Assembly (NCBI GenBank): GCA_964544155.1
Contig: CAZJAH010000008.1
Coordinates: 3,674 to 67,673 of the forward strand
DNA: 64,000 nucleotides
From: an uncultured Hyphomicrobiales bacterium
GTDB lineage: Bacteria > Bacteroidota > Ignavibacteria > Kapaibacteriales > UBA2268
Direction: 5' to 3'
The notes below the pieces were generated by a model. It ran no database searches. It was not told where the DNA came from and worked only from the letters and a program-made list of their open reading frames with translations. Of the stretch, positions 57,365 through 64,000 are shown piece by piece. A program made the position numbers and the translations under genes. How positions within the stretch are numbered: the stretch's first letter is position 1; each line of letters starts with the position of its first letter.

Positions 57365-57635
57365 ATATATTTAATTGTTGATCCGTATTTATACTGAGTC
57401 ATAATCCGTATAACTACGGATTTTTTATTAGTTCAATTTTAATACTTGCTTTTCTTGTTTTCTTTTTTATAAATTACAATTGTAACTCCCCTACATTGTT
57501 TGAGTTTCCGCCTATTGAAATTAAGGTAAGCATGTCAGACTATTGTCGATATGCGCATCCTTCGTGCCGCTATTATAATGAGCGATTAGTATAAATAAGC
57601 ATGAACATTTTTAATAAGGCAGGGAGAAGAAAGGC

Positions 57636-58274
57636 ATGAAGAAATTATTTTACCTATTCTCAATTGCACTATTTGTGTTATTGGGATGCTCAGATGATGA
57701 CGCAACGGCAGGTGCTTCAAGCAATAACATGTCTCTGAAGGCCGGTGAATACCAGGCTGTAATCGAAACGCAGGTGGATTACTACAAATCTAACTTTTCA
57801 GGCCAGTTAGTTTACGTTAAATCGGAAATTTATTCTTACAATGGGTCTTTATTTATCGATCCACCTGAAAAAGTTGGCACGATTTCGGAAAGCAACCCCT
57901 TTAACCTCATGATCTGTACTGAATCATCTTCTAATAACCGTCCCGGCTGTTTCTGGTTATGGTCGGCCACCCTTGTTGACGGAGGCAGCGGGAGCGTACT
58001 GCTGCAATACTGGGATTTTGACTACAATGCCGGAAACATCGAAGGCACTTTCATAAAAACCGGGCTTGATGAAGCTTATGCCGCTTTTAATACTATTTGG
58101 ACAGAAGATGAAGAAAGTATCCCCGGATTAAAAATGGTAACTCCATACGTTTTTGCTGAAAATGAAACTGTGATGTACGGCACAATCAATAATAATTCGG
58201 CAAGTATAGTGATCGAAGGCGTTTCAACTAACGCAGTAAGAGTATTCAAAACAGTTGTGAACGCGAGCAGATAG
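57636..58274 (+). CDS. hypothetical lipoprotein
   Basis: Lipobox VLLGCSDD; no recognisable domain. Confidence 0.5.
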   Translation: MKKLFYLFSIALFVLLGCSDDDATAGASSNNMSLKAGEYQAVIETQVDYYKSNFSGQLVYVKSEIYSYNGSLFIDPPEKVGTISESNPFNLMICTESSSNNRPGCFWLWSATLVDGGSGSVLLQYWDFDYNAGNIEGTFIKTGLDEAYAAFNTIWTEDEESIPGLKMVTPYVFAENETVMYGTINNNSASIVIEGVSTNAVRVFKTVVNASR

Positions 58275-58283
58275 GATAATTTG

Positions 58284-58315
58284 GGGGCAGGTATTGCACT
58301 TGCCCCCTATTTTTT
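58284..58315 (+). terminator. rho-independent terminator (gggggca..tgccccc + T-run), overlapping the stop of the convergent kinase gene
   Basis: 7-bp stem, then TATTTTTT. Confidence 0.65.
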
Positions 58316-59845
58316 AGATATAGGCAGAACGAACCAAAATGTCGAGCCCTTGCCTTCATGGCTTTCAAAACCAATGCGACCGCCCAGTTTCTCGATGAAT
58401 TCCTTGCACAGGTTGAGTCCCAGCCCAGTCCCCCGTTCATTATTTGTGCCCGGATTCCGGTATCCGGAGCTGATATCGAAAATAAGATTTTGTTTATTTT
58501 CCGGTATTCCGATTCCGTTATCTTCTACTGATACTTTAATTTGCCCATCGTTTTCAGTTAAGCAGGCCTCAATACTGCCGCCTTCGCGGGTGAATTTAAT
58601 AGCGTTTGTGATAAGATTCCTGATCACTGTATCGATCATATCCGGATCTGAATATATTACCAATTCAAAAGGGGTATCCGCCTTTAAGCTGATATTCTTG
58701 GAATTTGCGTGTGATTCAACAAGTTCAAAATTTTTTAAAAGAATACTAACAATATCAAACTCTTCATTGTTGATACTCATACTACCAGATTGCGTCCTTG
58801 CCCATTTAAGCAGGTTTTCCAATAGCTCATAAGAATTTTTAGCCGACTTTCTGAGTACAGATAATATCTCCTCCAGTGAATTTTTATCCAGGGTATTAAG
58901 ATTTTCATCAGCGTATTCAGTTAACTGATAAAAAGACCCTATCGGGTTTTTCAGGTCGTGAGCAAGAATTGAAAGAAATTTATCCTTTGTGCGGTTTGCC
59001 CGGCTTAGTTTTTCTTTAGATTTTATCAGTTCGGCTTCGACTTTTTTTAATTCCGTGATATCGAATAAAATCCCGATTATACCTGCTACCTTGCCATATT
59101 GATCATTGTAAGTCGATTTGTGAATTATCAGGTCATGCTTTGTGCCGTCGGCAAAAGACGATTTATATTCATACACCTGCAACCCGGGATTCTCAAGCAG
59201 CTCGATATCCTTGTTAAAATAAAATATACCTTCTTCATTTGTGTAAACTTCGTTTATGGTTCTGCCGAGAATTTCATGGCGCTTTTTACCGAGCGCTTTT
59301 TCGTACGCGATATTGCAGCCCAGGTATCTGGCTTTTTTATCTTTGTAATAAAGCGGACTTGGTACGGTATCGAGCAGTACAGAGAGAAATTCGCTATGCC
59401 TTTTGATCAGGTTTTCGGCTTCTATCTGCTTGTTGTTATTCTCAAGTGTGAGCATAACAAACTCTTCGCCTTCATATTCGAACATTGAAGCTGATACCAG
59501 GAAATGTGTTTCCCGGAGCTGGCCATGCTTATTTACTTTAATGGCGGCGCGCTGCCTTTCGAGCCTTTTGCCTTCAAAAGCGGTATTGATTGTATTCCTT
59601 ATAACGCAATTTTTGCAAAAAGGAGTTCTTCCGCAGCCGTTTGTTATCCGTGCCGCATTGATGCACCCGAGTACATCTCCGCCCTGATGCATAAGTATCA
59701 TTTCCGGATTATCGGAGGCAAGCCTTGAGCCGGCGGCATTAAAATCGACTATTTGGCCCGACCTTTCGACAATGAATATCATAGCCGGCGATGAATCTAT
59801 GATAGTTTTAAAAAAACTGTCCTTTCTTGTCGCGATATTACTCAT
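58307..59845 (-). CDS. cytoplasmic PAS-domain sensor histidine kinase (first PAS carries a four-Cys motif)
   Basis: H-box LSILAHDLKNPIGS, N-box/G-boxes (DNGIGIP, GTGLGLNL), no TM helix, and C-x9-C-x5-C-x2-C (CINAARITNGCGRTPFCKNC) in the N-terminal PAS. Confidence 0.85.
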   Translation of the reverse strand: MSNIATRKDSFFKTIIDSSPAMIFIVERSGQIVDFNAAGSRLASDNPEMILMHQGGDVLGCINAARITNGCGRTPFCKNCVIRNTINTAFEGKRLERQRAAIKVNKHGQLRETHFLVSASMFEYEGEEFVMLTLENNNKQIEAENLIKRHSEFLSVLLDTVPSPLYYKDKKARYLGCNIAYEKALGKKRHEILGRTINEVYTNEEGIFYFNKDIELLENPGLQVYEYKSSFADGTKHDLIIHKSTYNDQYGKVAGIIGILFDITELKKVEAELIKSKEKLSRANRTKDKFLSILAHDLKNPIGSFYQLTEYADENLNTLDKNSLEEILSVLRKSAKNSYELLENLLKWARTQSGSMSINNEEFDIVSILLKNFELVESHANSKNISLKADTPFELVIYSDPDMIDTVIRNLITNAIKFTREGGSIEACLTENDGQIKVSVEDNGIGIPENKQNLIFDISSGYRNPGTNNERGTGLGLNLCKEFIEKLGGRIGFESHEGKGSTFWFVLPISKK

Positions 59846-60012
59846 TACTCAATTAAATTAATAGTTTGCGTTATATAAGAAAATTATATATATTTTTTGT
59901 TAATTTCTGACTAAGACAAATTAATTTTAAATGCAATATATCATTTAATATTTTTGTGTCATAGTTCTTTTAAAAAAAGCCTAAAAAGCTCAATAATAAC
60001 ATAATAAAGTAT

Positions 60013-60753
60013 ATGGGTAAAGTAAATAGAAGGGTAGAAACACCCGAAGAAAAAAACGAAAGACAGGCAAAACCTATGGGGATAACATCAGATAATACAA
60101 TTAACAGCATCTTACTATCCGACAGACAAAAGAAGCTTATATCCCTCATTGATGAAAAAGACATCACTGTATGCACCGGGCCTGCGGGAACCAGTAAGAC
60201 TTTTATCGACTGCTACTACGCCGTTAAAGCAATAAAGGAAAAGGGCTTTAGTAAAATTTTGCTTACCAAGCCCGTGCAGGAAGCCGGAGAAAAGCTCGGA
60301 TTTCTGCCGGGCGATATTGAGCATAAGATCGACCCGCACTACGAGAGTTTTAAGATAACACTGCAGAAATTAATGAAGAAAAAGATCCTGGATAAGCTCA
60401 TCAAGGAAAACCTGATCGAATTCAGGCCGCTCGCGTATATGCGCGGCGCTACATTCGACAACACCCTCATGATACTCGATGAAGCCCAGAACGCGGATAT
60501 CAGGCAGATCATGCTTTTTACTACAAGGATGGGACGCGGGAGCAAAGTGATAATTTCCGGAGATATTCATCAATACGACATAAACCGATATCATGTGGCG
60601 CTGCCCTTCTTTCTTAAAATGATTGAAGGTATTGAAGGTATTGGGATATTCGAGTTCGGCCAGAAGGATATTGTCAGAAATCCTATCCTGATCGAAATCA
60701 CTGAAAGATACGAAAAGCTTAAGGCGGAAGATATGCTTCCAAAAAATAAATAG
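60013..60753 (+). CDS. PhoH-like ATPase (short form)
   Basis: GPAGTSKTF Walker A, and ILLTKPVQEAGEKLGFLPGDIEHKIDPHYES, near-identical to the PhoH core. Confidence 0.8.
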   Translation: MGKVNRRVETPEEKNERQAKPMGITSDNTINSILLSDRQKKLISLIDEKDITVCTGPAGTSKTFIDCYYAVKAIKEKGFSKILLTKPVQEAGEKLGFLPGDIEHKIDPHYESFKITLQKLMKKKILDKLIKENLIEFRPLAYMRGATFDNTLMILDEAQNADIRQIMLFTTRMGRGSKVIISGDIHQYDINRYHVALPFFLKMIEGIEGIGIFEFGQKDIVRNPILIEITERYEKLKAEDMLPKNK

Positions 60754-60776
60754 TTATTTATATAACTTTTTCTGAA

Positions 60777-61757
60777 TTATATAATTCTGAATTGCATATT
60801 CATCTGCCTGAATTTTTCTGTCAGATCTTCCGGGGCGATGTTGCCTATACCGGTTTCACCGGGCTTCGCCTTTATTACCGAATATCTGTCGCTTAAGGGA
60901 TAGAATTTTTTATACATTAATTTCAGGCTGTCATACATTGCCAGAACGGGAATATTAAAAGCCGCTGCCACATGAACTAAAGATGTATCGGGCGAAATAA
61001 GCAGATCTGCTCTTTTTACAAGAGAGATAACGTCATTCATGGATTCTGATTTGAATATGCTGACTCCGTTGACATGCGATTGAATTTCATGCGCTATAGC
61101 ACGATCACGGTCAACTCTGTTTAATACTATCCTTTCTTCAGGGATTTCAGCTAATTTTATAAACTCCGCCCATTTACCGGCCGGCCAAATATTTTGGGGC
61201 TTACCTGCCGAAACATTTATGACTATAATATTTTTCGGTTTATCTAATAAGAAATTCTCAATTTTTCTTTCAGAGCTTTTTACGGGATAAAGCCGGGGCC
61301 GGGGTATTTCTTCAGGCATATCAATGCCGAGCGGCTTAAGAGCGTTGAATATCTTCTGAACGTAGTGAAGCTCAACATTTTCTTTATCTGAGGGTATATC
61401 AATATCGAAAACATTAGTTCCTGCCGGATTAAAGCCGATTTTCTTTGAGGCTTTCGCGAACCTGCCCAAAAGCCTGCTTTCGAATGAATCGTGATCTTTA
61501 GGATCTATGTAGTAAGAATACTTTTTTTTTCTGATCTGATGGAAGGTTTTCATTATTCTGAACGGATCCTTATGGAATAGTATAAGGTGGTTGACATCGG
61601 GATTGTTCTTAAGTATGACAAAATTATGCCTCCCCGTGATTACGTCCAGTTCCGCGTCGGGGAATTTTTTCCTAATAGCGGCGACAGCCGGTGTAAGCAA
61701 AATCATATCGCCTATCCTGCCGAGCAGGGTAATAGCTATGCTTTTAACATTTGCCAT
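60777..61757 (-). CDS. glycosyltransferase family 9 (heptosyltransferase-like)
   Basis: KSIAITLLGRIGDMILLTPAVAAIRKKFPDAELDVI is the GT9 N-terminal signature. Start re-called to MANVK, 2 nt from the upstream gene's stop. Confidence 0.75.
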   Translation of the reverse strand: MANVKSIAITLLGRIGDMILLTPAVAAIRKKFPDAELDVITGRHNFVILKNNPDVNHLILFHKDPFRIMKTFHQIRKKKYSYYIDPKDHDSFESRLLGRFAKASKKIGFNPAGTNVFDIDIPSDKENVELHYVQKIFNALKPLGIDMPEEIPRPRLYPVKSSERKIENFLLDKPKNIIVINVSAGKPQNIWPAGKWAEFIKLAEIPEERIVLNRVDRDRAIAHEIQSHVNGVSIFKSESMNDVISLVKRADLLISPDTSLVHVAAAFNIPVLAMYDSLKLMYKKFYPLSDRYSVIKAKPGETGIGNIAPEDLTEKFRQMNMQFRII

Positions 61758-61759
61758 GC

Positions 61760-62893
61760 TTATGCCTTTTCCATAAAGTCTAACATCTTTGCCCCGGATT
61801 TCTTCCAAATATAATCTTCAGCTTTTTTTATCGAGCATTCGCGGTATTTATTATAAAGTTCATGACTGCTTAATATTTTCATGATGGAGTCAGCCAGTGC
61901 TTCGGGATTACCGGCTTCGACCAGCTTCCCACAGCCGGAATGACCAATAAGGTCTTCTACTGAAGGCAGTTTTGTTGCGACAACGGGAATACCGAATGAA
62001 AGATAATCAAAGAGTTTTGAAGGCGCGGTCAGGTACCTGTTGTAAAAAATATCCTTTAATGGAATAACGCCTATTGTGGCATTATTCAGATATCCCTCAA
62101 GTTTAGAATAGGAAAGCCATCCCGTTATTTCAGTTTTATACTCCAGTTCCTTTTGGGCAAGAAGATTTTCGACCAAAGCGATTTCATCTTTGTTCCTTCC
62201 GCCTGCGAGTATCAGCTTAAAATCTTCATCTTTGATGATGCTGAGAGCCTCAATAAGAATATCCAGGCCTTTTTTAAGCTGGAAACTGCCTGAGTAGAGT
62301 ATTGCCTTTTGATCAAAATTATCTCTTGCTTCATGTACTTCTTTAAGGCCTGGCCTTCCCGCGAATACAGGAATCTTCACATATTTTTCGTAAAGCTTTT
62401 TATGGGGGCCGTTGAGCGCGAGGACTCCATCAATTTCGGGTATAAATCGGTTTTCGTTCCTGTTGTATTTAGCTTTGTTTGTTTCCTGTACATCATCTCG
62501 AATGCTCAGGTCAGCATAAAAGTTATGTGATTGATAGAAAACTTTAATCCCCTGCTTTTTCTTAAGCCTTACCAGAAAAGGCAGATAACCGGGATCGCGC
62601 GTTATAACGATATCGTGTTTGTTTTTGCTGAGGTAATTATTCACATGTATGTAAAAGGACTCATTCGAACGCAAAAGCAAGTATTTATCACTGAAAGTTT
62701 CCACGCGGAAATTATCAAGAGCTTCTACTCCAAAATACTTCTCATAACTCTGCATGTCCACGTCTTTCGGATGCTTAAAAATTGCTGTGGTTTCCACTCC
62801 GTTTTGCGCGAAAGAATAAGCATTCATAAAGGAGAAAACTGTAGAGGGCATGTTCGAGAGCCAGCGTGTTTTATTTATATAGGCGATTTTCAT
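61760..62893 (-). CDS. glycosyltransferase family 4 (GT-B, retaining)
   Basis: C-terminal GT4 core with an EX7E-like region (VIPLKDIFYNRYLTAPSKLFDYLSFGIPVVAT...EDLI). Confidence 0.75.
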   Translation of the reverse strand: MKIAYINKTRWLSNMPSTVFSFMNAYSFAQNGVETTAIFKHPKDVDMQSYEKYFGVEALDNFRVETFSDKYLLLRSNESFYIHVNNYLSKNKHDIVITRDPGYLPFLVRLKKKQGIKVFYQSHNFYADLSIRDDVQETNKAKYNRNENRFIPEIDGVLALNGPHKKLYEKYVKIPVFAGRPGLKEVHEARDNFDQKAILYSGSFQLKKGLDILIEALSIIKDEDFKLILAGGRNKDEIALVENLLAQKELEYKTEITGWLSYSKLEGYLNNATIGVIPLKDIFYNRYLTAPSKLFDYLSFGIPVVATKLPSVEDLIGHSGCGKLVEAGNPEALADSIMKILSSHELYNKYRECSIKKAEDYIWKKSGAKMLDFMEKA

Positions 62894-64000
62894 CCTTTAG
62901 CCCTTTCCTTTATGACTGTTGCCGTGTTATCCATGAATTTTTCGAAAACCGCCCTGTATTCTTCCCTTTTGCTAAGCAGCCCGTTAAATAGGGAAACATC
63001 ACCCATTTCCATTAATTCTATTCTCGAATGCAGCTTTTCTTTCAGGTGCCTGTCATTTATGTCTATATTCCAGTCTTTCATACCGAATGTTTCTGAAAAT
63101 CCTTTGCCGCGCAGGTCAAGGTTTATATTTATGTGAGGGACCCCCATTCCGGTAGCAAGTATAGTGGCATGAAGCCTGGTACCGATAACATAAGATGCAT
63201 GCCTGTAAACTTCGAAATAGTCCTGAGGATAGTTGGAAAAGAAATATCTTTCCCCCGGGAAAAGCTTCTGTGCGGGCTGCAGGTCTCGATCGTCATGGCA
63301 CACGAGCAGTATCTCCTTTCCTTTTGATTTGAGGAATTTCATAAGATCATTGATAATTCCAATCAGCTCATTATACGCGCCCTGATTGCTATCCCTGATA
63401 ACCGGAAAAGGGAAAGTTAAAGCCGCGTAACCTGAGTCACTGTAGCTGAAATTTTCTTTAAATAAAAAGGTCGCTGGACAGCCCGTCATTATTTGTTTAT
63501 CTACTCCCAGGCTATTGAGGAAATCGTAAGTGACAAAATCCCTCACGGACGACAGCGCGGCTAATTCATTGGCGGCTTTGATATCATCGAGGTATTCATT
63601 CTTTGGAATGTTAGGCGGGGCATTAAGCCCTTTGGAAGATACCCCAAGCCCAATTAGAAAAAACGGCGGCGCGAGCTCATTGAGTTCCTCTTCTTTAAGC
63701 CTGAGCGACCAGCCGTTATACTGGTCGGATCCGCCGATAACTATGGCATCGGCGTATTCATTGCTGAAATCTATATTTGGGCCGGTAAGCCTTACAGGCT
63801 TGCCCCAGCCTCTGTTATTAGCGCAGGGCTTAGGTAAAAACACAGCTTCGGGAATCCTTTCTTTCAGATGCTTTCTGATCGAGAGGACAACGAAATGATC
63901 CCCGGAGTTATAAGTATGCGGGCAATAATGATGAATGATCAGAGAACGCTTTTCTTCCTTTTGAAAAAAGCGTAATTCATCTTTCGACGGCCGTTTTTTT
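62890..64000 (-). CDS. polysaccharide pyruvyl transferase family protein (CsaB/WcaK-like), 5'-partial
   Basis: IGTRLHATILATGMGVPHININ matches the PS_pyruv_trans signature. The reading frame stays open upstream of the track's GTG start to the end of the window (NSGDHFVV N-terminal motif visible). Confidence 0.65.
   Translation of the reverse strand, partial: KKRPSKDELRFFQKEEKRSLIIHHYCPHTYNSGDHFVVLSIRKHLKERIPEAVFLPKPCANNRGWGKPVRLTGPNIDFSNEYADAIVIGGSDQYNGWSLRLKEEELNELAPPFFLIGLGVSSKGLNAPPNIPKNEYLDDIKAANELAALSSVRDFVTYDFLNSLGVDKQIMTGCPATFLFKENFSYSDSGYAALTFPFPVIRDSNQGAYNELIGIINDLMKFLKSKGKEILLVCHDDRDLQPAQKLFPGERYFFSNYPQDYFEVYRHASYVIGTRLHATILATGMGVPHININLDLRGKGFSETFGMKDWNIDINDRHLKEKLHSRIELMEMGDVSLFNGLLSKREEYRAVFEKFMDNTATVIKERAKG

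Overview
This is a 64-kb, densely coded chromosomal segment of about 43% GC. Genes sit on both strands and are often in tight operons with 1-10 nt gaps or ATGA-type overlaps. The gene content points to an anaerobic or facultative bacterium of the FCB group (Bacteroidota/Ignavibacteriota-like). Five proteins end in type IX secretion (T9SS) C-terminal sorting domains, there are many lipoproteins, and flagellin genes are present. Housekeeping genes recognisable from the sequence are tnaA-like tryptophanase, polA, prfA (RF1), icd, purN, rimO, tsaC, lnt, an M16 peptidase pair, fRMsr/msrC, thiamine diphosphokinase, phoH-like and cheB. A nitrite-ammonification and nitrosative-stress module is present: nrfH-nrfA, an Rrf2 (NsrR-like) regulator, then divergently a ferredoxin-cupin-hcp operon. 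A 7-gene minus-strand operon runs DJ-1/PfpI, acylphosphatase, PlpD-like patatin-Omp85, LOG, J-domain protein, rhodanese and a domain-less sigma-54 activator. Two paralogous flagellin genes sit in tandem. Two glycosyltransferases and a pyruvyl transferase occupy the 3' edge of the window. No CRISPR array, tRNA, rRNA or transposase was seen. The most anomalous elements are: (i) a single strongly AT-rich (about 25-30% GC) 2-kb gene at 23.2-25.2 kb, inserted between two terminators and encoding a mosaic of DNA-binding modules; (ii) a near-perfect 42-54 nt direct repeat that duplicates the 3' end of rimO and brackets icd plus a secreted WD40 protein; (iii) a consensus sigma-54 promoter upstream of a T9SS cargo gene; (iv) direct and inverted repeats in the nrfH and hcp promoter regions. 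Coordinates of re-called starts rest on codon arithmetic from the supplied ORF track and may be off by 1 nt.
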